Source: an uncultured Candidatus Saccharibacteria bacterium (GTDB lineage Bacteria; Patescibacteriota; Dojkabacteria; B142; OLB20). Taken from it: a stretch of 64,000 nt of DNA. The translations under genes and the position numbers were made by a program. Numbering within the stretch: position 1 is the stretch's first letter; every line of letters begins with the position of its first letter. The stretch lies in NCBI GenBank assembly GCA_964461915.1, contig CAYWVD010000001.1, forward strand, positions 661,910 through 725,909, given 5' to 3'. Below the pieces are notes generated by a model, which saw only the letters and a list, made by a program, of their open reading frames with translations, was not told where the DNA came from and did no database searches. Below, piece after piece: positions 48,285-57,337 of this stretch.

Positions 48285-48689
48285 GTGTTATTAATGTTTA
48301 ATAAAGGAAGTATAGGAAGAGTTTTTAAAGAAGCTCCCGTAACTACACTATCAATATTACCACCACTTATCACTTCCGTCGGATTTGCTATAGCTAATCT
48401 CTTTCCCGATACCAATATGGCTGCACAAAGAGCGATTTTTGATTCAAGTGATGTACTTTCATGGTTAAATTTATCTTCTTTCTTTATAAATACAATTGGA
48501 ATAGCTAAACCTTTTATTTTTGATAAAAATAAGCCACGAATTATAGATTTGATTAAAGATCCCAAATTAGGCTTAAAAGCATTCGGAGCTATTATGGATG
48601 CAGTCGGGTTATATGTCAGCATTCAAATGATGGGGGCTGCTCAAAATAATATGATGCCAGGGCCAATGTACCCACCACAGATTTTCTAG
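48285..48689 (+). CDS. Hypothetical small protein (strand assignment uncertain: it overlaps the minus-strand ORF 48119-48622).
   Basis: 134-aa ORF with a diverse composition (MMGAAQNNMMPGPMYPP C-terminus). The competing antisense ORF is I/L/F-rich. Confidence 0.25.
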   Translation: MLLMFNKGSIGRVFKEAPVTTLSILPPLITSVGFAIANLFPDTNMAAQRAIFDSSDVLSWLNLSSFFINTIGIAKPFIFDKNKPRIIDLIKDPKLGLKAFGAIMDAVGLYVSIQMMGAAQNNMMPGPMYPPQIF

Positions 48690-48808
48690 CAAAATTTCGT
48701 TGTAGAATATTTTACAAGCATAATTATAAAGACAATAACTCAACATGAAAAACTCACTTTGGTATTTTGGTATTTTGGTATTTTAATATTGTTTATAAAT
48801 ACATTCCT

Positions 48809-49090
48809 ATGAAAGAATCTGAAAATCCAAAAGGAGAAAAGGCTTTAAATATCGCCTCTATGGTTTCTGGTCTCCTTGGTGTAGTCGGGTCAGTCTTAGC
48901 ACAAAAAAACGGCGTTTCAGGTCTAGAATTTAATGTTTTAGGTATTGGACTCGCTCTCAATCTACTCTTCTCTATATTCCAATCTGCAAGATGGGTACCT
49001 CATGCATTAGAGCTAAACACAATTGAAGATCCCGTTGAGCGAAAAGCACATTTTTTTCAGCTTTTAACGAAATGGGTTTGGCCTTTCTAA
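48809..49090 (+). CDS. Small membrane protein (start placed at internal Met 'MKESENPKGEK').
   Basis: The ORF track starts at 48767, inside a (GGTATTTT)x3 tandem repeat; the later Met is the likelier start. Two hydrophobic helices. Confidence 0.3.
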   Translation: MKESENPKGEKALNIASMVSGLLGVVGSVLAQKNGVSGLEFNVLGIGLALNLLFSIFQSARWVPHALELNTIEDPVERKAHFFQLLTKWVWPF

Positions 49091-49136
49091 ATGCAACAAG
49101 TGGTATATTATGTGGTTTTGCATCTAATATGTTTCA

Positions 49137-49619
49137 TTAATCTCTATTCACCAAGTGGACAAAATCCTTATCGGATCTGAATAATTCAGGCAAAATTTTT
49201 GGCTTGATATTAAATTCATCTAATCCCTTTGAATCTATATAGACATAACCATCCTGGTTGCTATTCCCCTTAAGAGCCTCAAGATCAGGAGCATTATCCA
49301 AATCAGATTTAAAGACCATATTAATTTCGTGATAATTATTACCATCCATCTTAAAGAAATTCTCAACTATACCAACCATTTTTACAGAAACATTAACTAG
49401 CTCAAGCTCTTCAAAGATCTCTCTTGAGCAAGCCTCTATTGAAGATTCGTTAATTTTAATTCTACCCCCTATTGCAAAATAAAAACCCTCTTTGTGTTTT
49501 TCAAAGATGTAACCTTTTGGCGTATTCATAATAACTAAAACTCTGATGTTAAGGATGGTTCCATCAACATCTACGCACAAATCTTTTTTTCCTTCTTCCA
49601 TTTTAATTTTTAGTAACAA
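49137..49619 (-). CDS. Nudix-family hydrolase (divergent Nudix box).
   Basis: 160 aa with 'GGRIKINESSIEACSREIFEELEL', approximating GX5EX7REUXEEXGU. Confidence 0.5.
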   Translation of the reverse strand: MLLKIKMEEGKKDLCVDVDGTILNIRVLVIMNTPKGYIFEKHKEGFYFAIGGRIKINESSIEACSREIFEELELVNVSVKMVGIVENFFKMDGNNYHEINMVFKSDLDNAPDLEALKGNSNQDGYVYIDSKGLDEFNIKPKILPELFRSDKDFVHLVNRD

Positions 49620-50412
49620 ACTTAATTAATTTAGCATGCATTACCACCTTTTCAGTTGAAGTAAAACATGTCGATAGGGTTAGTATTTTGTCGTTTTGGT
49701 TAACTTCAACTTGAAAATCAAAAGCGCTTTTGCCATCAAGATATTTTAAGAAGTTCAAATATGTTTCGTCATTTTTAAAATCGGTGACTATATAGTCGCT
49801 TGTGGTTTGAGTATGGTAAACGGAAAACACTTGCCAAATAGAGTTACCCGATTCTGTAGACATCTTTATTAAATGATTTTTCGGGGTATCAAGCCAGCCA
49901 CTTTTTAGAATATTTTTAAGGGTTCCAAATAGGACTGAATTTATTCGGCCATGGGCATAGATTATATTATTCCTATCAATATTATCAATATTGTTTCGAG
50001 AGTCCAAAAACACCCAACCTGCGCCATTTTCCTTTTGATCAAAAGAATGATTTAAATAAAACTTATTATCATTATGCTGAACGAATGGATAGTTAATATT
50101 CGTCCCGGGGACCTGGATCCAGCCCTTGGTTTCGCTATTAATATCCCTTAATTTGGCAAGATCAACATCAATCATCGAAACTTTGACAAAATCCCAATAT
50201 GGATTCTCTTTGTCTTCAGGAGGATTTATTAATTCTGAATTATCTGTGGAACTAATTTCAACCGGTCCTACTAAACGATTAATTTCTTCAACCTGATTAT
50301 CAATTTGTTTAGAATCATCCCGCCAAATAAAGATCTGATATATAGCTACTCCCAGACCAATTAAACAAAGAATTATTATTGTGATCCTAATCAGGAGTTT
50401 AAATTTTGACAT
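49603..50412 (-). CDS. srtB: Class B sortase.
   Basis: 269 aa. N-terminal TM; 'NIIYAHG' (catalytic His region); 'IWQVFSVYHTQTTSDYIVTDFKNDETYLNFLKYLDGKSAFDFQVEVNQNDKILTLSTC' is nearly collinear with S. aureus SrtB around the TLSTC catalytic Cys. Confidence 0.85.
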   Translation of the reverse strand: MSKFKLLIRITIIILCLIGLGVAIYQIFIWRDDSKQIDNQVEEINRLVGPVEISSTDNSELINPPEDKENPYWDFVKVSMIDVDLAKLRDINSETKGWIQVPGTNINYPFVQHNDNKFYLNHSFDQKENGAGWVFLDSRNNIDNIDRNNIIYAHGRINSVLFGTLKNILKSGWLDTPKNHLIKMSTESGNSIWQVFSVYHTQTTSDYIVTDFKNDETYLNFLKYLDGKSAFDFQVEVNQNDKILTLSTCFTSTEKVVMHAKLIKFVTKN

Positions 50413-50482
50413 TTTTTGTTTGAAATCTCAAATTTTAATGACTAAACTAATATTAACATAATTAATATTTTATCTTCTTTAT

Positions 50483-52660
50483 ATGAGGATTAATTTATTT
50501 AAACGGTTCAAGCCTAAGGCAATTGCATCAGCAATATTGATGCTTTCGATGCTAATTATGCCTGTAAAAAGTGTTTTTGCATTAGATGCACCTTTACAAA
50601 GCTTGGATATCAACGACATTAGTATTTACACTTCTGGTGGTGGATATAACGCAGGTCACGGAATCGCCGGAGTAACCTTTGACGATGTCGGGAAAGTTTT
50701 AACTTTAACAAACGCCTCTGTGAATAAAATTCACGCATCAGGAGATTTAGACATTGTTATAGTTGGGACAAACACTGTAACAGCACTAACCGATAGTGCA
50801 GCAATACTGGCTATGGGTGGAGACCTGACAATAACCGGAGATTCCTCCACCCTTGATATATCAGCACTTGCACCTAGCTCTCCAGCGATTTCTATTGGAG
50901 CTGGTGGTAGACTCACTATCGGTGGAGTAGGAACGGCAATCACAGTCAATATTACTCAGGGATTTAATGTGAATTGTGAAGATACATATATCGTTGATGG
51001 CAATACATATAATGTTCCAGCTGGCGGCGGTCCGGGAGATCCTCCCCCAGGTGCACCCGTAACCATTTCAATTGGAGATATTGTAGTAATTGACGAAACA
51101 GCCGATCCTCAAGTCCTTTCTAACTCAGGCTTAGGATGGACGATTGAACAAAATCCATATTCAGGGTATCAACTAGATATTGATGCATCGGTTAGTCCTA
51201 CAATTCCTCATATTTCATACACAGGTAACGGATCTATGGGAATTTACCCATTTAATGGAGATGTCACTATACAAAGCAACCCTTCGGGCCCATTGTACGA
51301 ATCTATTTCTATAGAAGGAACAGTACTTTTCGGGATGGGACCAGATGTTGGTGATTTATATCTTGAAGGAGGGATAATTGCCGGTGATGGTGTAATGGGC
51401 GGAGACGGAGATGTCTTTATTGGTTCTCCTACAGTTAAACCTGATTTGGGCGTATTAGCCAATGAACTTAATCTTTCATTCGGCAACATGACTATTTACG
51501 CAGGAGTGACTGGTATTGCAGGATACGGAGACTTGTTGCCAGATCCCACTTACCTAAGTGTTACCGCTCAACAAAATGCAACTCTTACAGTAATTTCCGA
51601 TGATAATGGAGCAACTAATACATCATCCATATTAGTTTTAGGTGGTGGAAAGGTTGATATAACAGCATTTAATGTAGGCACATTTACTCCACGAGCCGGT
51701 TACTGGGCTTGGACAGAATTCACTGGAACAGATATGGAGAACCTCGACCCAATAGTAGTTGATTGTGTTGAAGGCACTGATGCTACAAATAAGTACATAA
51801 TGACGACAAGTGAAGGTACATTCTCTCTAGAATCAACAGCAAAAGCCCTTTATCAACTGGGCTTCAATTATGATGACAGCGATGATTCAAGAGTAGTAAA
51901 TGGTACAGTCAATGTAATTGCAGCAAACGGATATAAATTCGTATCAGGTGGCTTTTATGATTTTAGTATTGAAGAAGGAACAGAAGTCACAATTGAACTT
52001 ATGCCAAACTACGGCTATCAGTATGTATCTGGAGGTATTAATGGAGTTCCGACTTCGCCAGAAGCAGGAAAAGCATCTTACACATTCATAATGCCTGCTA
52101 ATCATGTTCATATTAGCGCAATCTTTGAAAAAACAAATGATGTTATAGATTTAGAAACAGACAAAATTAAAGCCGCAAGTATTACAATGCCAGCCGGCGA
52201 ACTCAATGGGAATGCAGAACTCTTAATCGATGAAGCATCCGAATTTGACACAACAGGATTTGTAGCAGCAGCAGGTGGATTTGAAATCGGTTCATACTTG
52301 GATTTATCTCTAAATGAATTGATCTACAAAGGATCAACAACTGATGCCTGGAGGACTTCATTAACAGACCTAAATTCAGATTCTTCTATCATTTTAGCCT
52401 TAGGCGATGAACTTAAAGGTCACGCAGAATACAAAGTGATAAGGCACCACAATGGCGCAATAGAAGAACTAGATGCCGTCTATGACGCTGCAACCGGGAC
52501 ATTAAGTTTTGATACGGATGGATTTTCCATCTATGCCCTAGCCTACAGTGATCCAGAAAACCCAAACACTTATGATGGGGTTCTAGGAAGCGTTGCTTTA
52601 GGCTTATCAAGCTTAATGGGATTAGTTGGAATTGGATTTGTTACTAGAAAGAAGAAATAA
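50483..52660 (+). CDS. Large surface protein (signal peptide, Gly/Thr-rich beta-rich body) with a C-terminal sorting-signal-like tail. Candidate SrtB substrate.
   Basis: 725 aa. Signal peptide 'AIASAILMLSMLIMPVKSVFA'. C-terminus '...DPENPNTYDGVLGSVALGLSSLMGLVGIGFVTRKKK' carries an NPNTY motif, a hydrophobic stretch and a basic tail. Divergently transcribed from the sortase gene. Confidence 0.65.
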   Translation: MRINLFKRFKPKAIASAILMLSMLIMPVKSVFALDAPLQSLDINDISIYTSGGGYNAGHGIAGVTFDDVGKVLTLTNASVNKIHASGDLDIVIVGTNTVTALTDSAAILAMGGDLTITGDSSTLDISALAPSSPAISIGAGGRLTIGGVGTAITVNITQGFNVNCEDTYIVDGNTYNVPAGGGPGDPPPGAPVTISIGDIVVIDETADPQVLSNSGLGWTIEQNPYSGYQLDIDASVSPTIPHISYTGNGSMGIYPFNGDVTIQSNPSGPLYESISIEGTVLFGMGPDVGDLYLEGGIIAGDGVMGGDGDVFIGSPTVKPDLGVLANELNLSFGNMTIYAGVTGIAGYGDLLPDPTYLSVTAQQNATLTVISDDNGATNTSSILVLGGGKVDITAFNVGTFTPRAGYWAWTEFTGTDMENLDPIVVDCVEGTDATNKYIMTTSEGTFSLESTAKALYQLGFNYDDSDDSRVVNGTVNVIAANGYKFVSGGFYDFSIEEGTEVTIELMPNYGYQYVSGGINGVPTSPEAGKASYTFIMPANHVHISAIFEKTNDVIDLETDKIKAASITMPAGELNGNAELLIDEASEFDTTGFVAAAGGFEIGSYLDLSLNELIYKGSTTDAWRTSLTDLNSDSSIILALGDELKGHAEYKVIRHHNGAIEELDAVYDAATGTLSFDTDGFSIYALAYSDPENPNTYDGVLGSVALGLSSLMGLVGIGFVTRKKK

Positions 52661-52678
52661 GAATCGTAGAGTTAAAAG

Positions 52679-52706
52679 TAAGGGGCGCGACAGCGCCCCT
52701 TTTGTT
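52679..52706. terminator. Bidirectional Rho-independent terminator between convergent genes.
   Basis: GC-rich stem AGGGGCGC-GACA-GCGCCCCT followed by TTTTG. A-rich on the other side. Confidence 0.6.
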
Positions 52707-52723
52707 AGTTATTAGTTAAGATA

Positions 52724-53491
52724 TTAGTTAACTTTAAAAGAAATTAACATTTGATCAAGTAAGTTCATCATTTTTGGATCTTTTGCTCCGGCTGGAACCG
52801 TATAACTTACTAAATGACCTTCAACTGATTCGCCCATGTATTCACCAACTTGGAAATCTTCTGCAGAACAAATTGAGAATTTTGTTCCTGTGGCATCAAG
52901 AGTCCTTCTGAATGACATACCATTTTTGCCATCGATATGGAAGAAATTATCAAGTTCAAAATACATTCCAACCATTGTCATATCATCTGATAAAGGCCTA
53001 GTTGTATCAGGATATATACAGGCCTCTGGCCCCCATGCCTCCATTATCTCTAAATTGAAAATATATCCGCCTTTAAAGATTTTAAATGATTGATTTGTAG
53101 AAGGGCCATCAATAATCCAACCCTTAGGATATTGAATCGTAAAATTATATTGCTGATTTGTATAGGTCAACCATTCAATTTCATCCGAATTAACCGTTGC
53201 AGTTACTGATGGAGTTACATCTTGAGAATCATCAACATCAACTTCTGGAGTCAATGTTGGTGGCCCGTCTTCTTCAGGTGTAGTTGTTATTTCTGTTTTT
53301 ATAGGCTTTTCGGTCTCAATAATGAAAGGATTAGTCCTCAGAACTAAAAAGCTGACCACAAAACCAATTGCTAAAGAAACTAACCCGCATAAAAGCAAAG
53401 CTATAATTAACACCATTAAACTGACCTTTTTAGGGCTTTTTGTGTTTTGATGACTTACCTCTTGTGGCAGTTTTTCGATAGAATTTTCCAT
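52724..53491 (-). CDS. Hypothetical secreted/membrane-anchored protein.
   Basis: 255 aa. N-terminal TM 'MVLIIALLLCGLVSLAIGFVVSFLVL', a Thr/Pro linker, then a globular domain. Confidence 0.45.
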   Translation of the reverse strand: MENSIEKLPQEVSHQNTKSPKKVSLMVLIIALLLCGLVSLAIGFVVSFLVLRTNPFIIETEKPIKTEITTTPEEDGPPTLTPEVDVDDSQDVTPSVTATVNSDEIEWLTYTNQQYNFTIQYPKGWIIDGPSTNQSFKIFKGGYIFNLEIMEAWGPEACIYPDTTRPLSDDMTMVGMYFELDNFFHIDGKNGMSFRRTLDATGTKFSICSAEDFQVGEYMGESVEGHLVSYTVPAGAKDPKMMNLLDQMLISFKVN

Positions 53492-53543
53492 AAAAAAATA
53501 ATTAAATTAAATAAAATATAGCAAAATAATTATATTGGATTAC

Positions 53544-54878
53544 CTAACTTTTTGCACTCCGATGTCTTTTTCTTTGAACTTGAGCTTTAGAATCTGTTCT
53601 TGATTGTTCTAAGGTAGCTATGAATTCCTTCATGAATGGTAAAAAGCCCGGATTTGCTTCTCTAAATGCCTTAGTAATTTGGGCAATTTCGAAAAACAAA
53701 TTATTTTTCGATCCAGTATTTGTTACTTGATCAGACAACTCAAGTGCATAAAGGAATTTTTCCAATTCTTTTTCTAATATCTCATGGTTTGGAATATTCC
53801 TTGGTGTACTATGAGGATCTTCGGGCTTTTTAAGCCCTACCTTACACAACAATGCATGAACTAAAGCCTCTTCAATATAGAAAGCACCTAAATCACCATA
53901 AGTAGCAATCATTATTGGAGAAATTCTTAATTGAATTACTTCTTCAATAGCTGTAGCAAGCATTTGCTCCATATCCTTACTTGACCCATCTTTCTTTTTA
54001 GAGTTGACAATTATTCCATTAGGAATATTTACCCCCCAAATAGTATTTTGTAAAATTTTGTATGCGTCTGGCTGAGCATCAGTCTCGCCAAGTAGTTCTT
54101 GTAGTATTGATAATTCAAGGCCTCCAAAACTACCACCGGTTCCTGATCTAGTAATTCGAACACTTATTGCTCTATCGCCTAACGGAAGACCGAACCTTTT
54201 GCAAAGCCCCATCGAGCTTCCGCCGGCTTCTCCAAAAAAAGCACCCGCCATTAATTTACTCAAATCTAAAGCTTCTAAAAGATCGTTTTCAGCATTTTCT
54301 TCACTGTATGGAGTTTCCACTAAAGTATTGCCTGCATTCATTGCCCTCGCCGTTGGATTCCGAACTCGAGCAGTGGATTGGGTTTCATCTTCCTGAACTG
54401 GATAAAAGATTGTTACCGTGGGATCCCTTTCTAGTCCGACACCCGCTTCAATTCGCATATGATTGTCCATTCTATTAGCAAATGCATAAAACAATCCAAA
54501 TCGTTGAAATCCATTATAGCCAAGCAAATTATTAACTTTTTGGGCGTTTATACAAGAAGCCAAGAAACAATTGATTTCACGCATTGCTTCTTCCGGATTT
54601 AACAGTCCCATACCATAGCCACAACCATGAATGCTTTGTGAAAAAGGAGATTCTCTTGCTAGACCGAACAAATTACATACTTTATCTATGGATAATTCAT
54701 GTTTATACAACTCTGGAGGAGCTACCAAATTGCTCAACAATTCTGAAATTGCGGTTAATCCAGAACGATATTCCTCGGGAGTATCGCCTAGACGCTGAAT
54801 TCCGGCTAAATAATCCATAAATTTTCCAGCCCCACCCTGTTCTAATGATTCACCTAAACTTTGGATATGTCTTTCCAA
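53544..54878 (-). CDS. Hypothetical protein, possibly DUF711/UPF0210-like. Atypical Arg/Ala/Gly-rich composition.
   Basis: 444 aa. 'LSKLMAGAFFGEAGGSSMGLCKRFGL' resembles the 'FMAGAFHGVGEAD' core of UPF0210 proteins. Codons and amino acids look GC-richer than the flanking genes (by eye). Confidence 0.35.
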   Translation of the reverse strand: MERHIQSLGESLEQGGAGKFMDYLAGIQRLGDTPEEYRSGLTAISELLSNLVAPPELYKHELSIDKVCNLFGLARESPFSQSIHGCGYGMGLLNPEEAMREINCFLASCINAQKVNNLLGYNGFQRFGLFYAFANRMDNHMRIEAGVGLERDPTVTIFYPVQEDETQSTARVRNPTARAMNAGNTLVETPYSEENAENDLLEALDLSKLMAGAFFGEAGGSSMGLCKRFGLPLGDRAISVRITRSGTGGSFGGLELSILQELLGETDAQPDAYKILQNTIWGVNIPNGIIVNSKKKDGSSKDMEQMLATAIEEVIQLRISPIMIATYGDLGAFYIEEALVHALLCKVGLKKPEDPHSTPRNIPNHEILEKELEKFLYALELSDQVTNTGSKNNLFFEIAQITKAFREANPGFLPFMKEFIATLEQSRTDSKAQVQRKRHRSAKS

Positions 54879-55056
54879 AGGGACTAAATCTCTTCTTCCA
54901 ATATTTCTATTTATTTGATTAGGATTGTTGATCTTTTTAAATATTCAATACTGAATTATATAACACTTCTAAAACAAATATATTTGTAAAAATCATATTT
55001 TATCTCCGTTATAATGTTTTATTATCCTTCAATACTTTATTCTTTATTTTTTCTAT

Positions 55057-55992
55057 ATGAAAAAAATCCTTGTAACTGGGGCTTTTGGGCAAATTGGCTC
55101 CGAATTAGTCCCGGCCCTTCAAAATAAATTTGGCAAAAAAAATGTTGTTGCATTAGGTCATAGAAATATTCCAAAAGATTTCGATGGGATCGTTGAAAAA
55201 GGTGAGGTAACAGATGAAAAAGCACTCGAGAAAATAATAAAAGCCCATAAAATTGACACAATCTATCATTTGGCATCATTGCTTTCTGCAACTGGCGAAG
55301 CAAACCCCCAGCTTGCTTGGGAAGTTAATATGAACGGATTAAAACTTATACTTGATCTTGCGGTAAAATACAAAATGAGAGTGTTCTGGCCAAGCTCTAT
55401 TGCTGCATTTGGGCCAACTACTCCAAAGGTTAAAACTCCACAAAGAACAGTTTTAGAACCAACAACAATGTATGGTGTTACAAAACTAGCCGGTGAGCTA
55501 TTATGCCAATACTATACAAATAAATATGGCCTCGATATTAGGTCGGTTAGATACCCTGGGCTAATCAGCTACAAAGCCGAACCGGGCGGTGGGACAACCG
55601 ATTATGCAGTAGCAATCTTCTACGAAGCTATTAAAGCGGGGAAATATGAATGTTTCGTTAGTAAAGAAACAACCCTCCCTATGATGTATATGGACGATGC
55701 TATCGAAGGCACTATAAAATTAATGGATGCCGATTGGAAAGATTTGACTGTCCATACAAGTTACAACTTAGCAGCAATTAGCTTTACTGTAGAAGAACTT
55801 GCAAAAGAAATTCAAAAAAGAATGCCTTTAAAGGTAACATATAAGCCTGATTCAAGGCAGAAAATTGCAGATTCATGGCCACAATCCATAGATGATTCTG
55901 TTGCTCGAAAAGATTGGGGCTGGAAACATAAAATTGATTTAAAAAAGATGTGCGATATTATGATCGAAAATTTAACTATTAAATTAAAATAA
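55057..55992 (+). CDS. tdh: NAD-dependent L-threonine 3-dehydrogenase (UDP-glucose-4-epimerase-like SDR type).
   Basis: 311 aa: 'KILVTGAFGQIGSEL' Rossmann motif, 'YGVTKLAGE' (YxxxK), and collinear with epimerase-type TDH. Immediately upstream of kbl. Confidence 0.7.
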   Translation: MKKILVTGAFGQIGSELVPALQNKFGKKNVVALGHRNIPKDFDGIVEKGEVTDEKALEKIIKAHKIDTIYHLASLLSATGEANPQLAWEVNMNGLKLILDLAVKYKMRVFWPSSIAAFGPTTPKVKTPQRTVLEPTTMYGVTKLAGELLCQYYTNKYGLDIRSVRYPGLISYKAEPGGGTTDYAVAIFYEAIKAGKYECFVSKETTLPMMYMDDAIEGTIKLMDADWKDLTVHTSYNLAAISFTVEELAKEIQKRMPLKVTYKPDSRQKIADSWPQSIDDSVARKDWGWKHKIDLKKMCDIMIENLTIKLK

Positions 55993-55993
55993 A

Positions 55994-57250
55994 ATGAGTA
56001 AAAAAGAGTTTTTCAAAGTATTACAATCCGAGATCGATAGAATTGATGGTGTAAAAACCACCAAGAGACAAGAGAAAATCATTACAGGATTCACAAAAGA
56101 CCCATCCCCAAGAGGCATAATTGACGGAAAAAAGGTATTAATTTTTAATTCAAACGACTACTTAGGATTAAGATTCCACCCCGCCCTATTACAAGCCGAA
56201 CAAGAAACAAGCGAAAAATTTGGTACAGGCCCGGGAGCTGTCAGATTCATTTCCGGGAGTTTAAGCCCACACAAAGATCTTGAAAAAGCTTTAGCAAAAT
56301 TCCATGGTCGAGAAGATGCAATGGTTTTTTCCTCGGCCTTTGCCACGAATTTGGCTGTTAACTTTTCCTTAATTGTCGGCCAAAGTAAAGACTCAATGGT
56401 TGAGCCTAATGTACTAGTGGTATCAGATGCATTAAATCACAGAAGCATAATAGATGGTATTCGTATTGCGAACCTTCCAAAAGAACAAAAAGCAATTTTT
56501 GCGCATATGGATACAAAAGACTTAGACAAGGTTTTGGGTGAAGGTGTTAAAACCTACGATCGCGCCATTGTAATCACCGACGGTGTTTTTAGCATGCTTG
56601 GCGAAATTCAAAAGCTAAAAGAAATTCGCGCCATTGTTGATAAATATGACAAAAAATTTAAAAAAGGTGTGCTATTAATTGTTGATGATTGCCATGGAAT
56701 TGGCGCATTAGGCGACAATGGCGCTGGTGCTGAAGAGATTGAAGGCGCAAAAGCCGATGTCTTAGTTGGCACCCTTGGCAAAGGCCTCGGAGCCGATGGT
56801 GGCTATGTTGCCGCAGACAAAGTTGTAATCGACTACCTAAGAGAATCAGCTGCAACATATATTTATTCCAATTCGATTTCACCAGGTACAGCTGCTGCAG
56901 GCACGGCCGCAGTTAATTTACTAGGCAAAGCCGATGGTAAAAAATTAATTAAAAACTTAAAAGAGAATATTATTTACTTTAAATCACTTGTTAAAAAACA
57001 CGGGTTTAAGATGGCGGCCGATTCAATCCATCCTATTCAGCCGCTATTAATTGGTGACCCAGACAAAACAAAAGCGCTGGTTCAATATCTTTTCAAGAAA
57101 AATATTTTGGTTACCAATATTAATTACCCCGTTGTTGCAAAGGGGAATGATGAAATAAGAATTCAAATTTCAGCAACACATACAAAGGCAGATATTGACG
57201 AATTGATTAATGCACTAAATGATGCAAACAAGATAATTCAATTTTGCTAG
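55994..57250 (+). CDS. kbl: 2-amino-3-ketobutyrate CoA ligase (glycine C-acetyltransferase), PLP-dependent.
   Basis: 418 aa. 'FNSNDYLGL', 'DALNHRSIIDG' and 'GTLGKGLGADGGYVAA' (PLP Lys) match the alpha-oxoamine synthase family. Confidence 0.8.
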   Translation: MSKKEFFKVLQSEIDRIDGVKTTKRQEKIITGFTKDPSPRGIIDGKKVLIFNSNDYLGLRFHPALLQAEQETSEKFGTGPGAVRFISGSLSPHKDLEKALAKFHGREDAMVFSSAFATNLAVNFSLIVGQSKDSMVEPNVLVVSDALNHRSIIDGIRIANLPKEQKAIFAHMDTKDLDKVLGEGVKTYDRAIVITDGVFSMLGEIQKLKEIRAIVDKYDKKFKKGVLLIVDDCHGIGALGDNGAGAEEIEGAKADVLVGTLGKGLGADGGYVAADKVVIDYLRESAATYIYSNSISPGTAAAGTAAVNLLGKADGKKLIKNLKENIIYFKSLVKKHGFKMAADSIHPIQPLLIGDPDKTKALVQYLFKKNILVTNINYPVVAKGNDEIRIQISATHTKADIDELINALNDANKIIQFC

Positions 57251-57337
57251 ATTTGTAGAGGCAGAATTAATTGTGTTTATATATTTATTTATATAATATT
57301 TTATTAATAATCTATATTACTTTTAATTCTGCCGAAT

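Noticed and set aside
48119-48622. 167-aa minus-strand ORF overlapping the plus-strand ORF 48285-48689.
   Set aside because: The two cannot both be real. The minus-strand product is I/L/F-dominated with no motif; I tentatively kept the plus-strand ORF. Both are low confidence, and the region may be non-coding.
48761-48784. (GGTATTTT)x3 tandem repeat.
   Set aside because: It is very short and AT-rich, likely incidental. It only informs the start-codon choice for the downstream small ORF.
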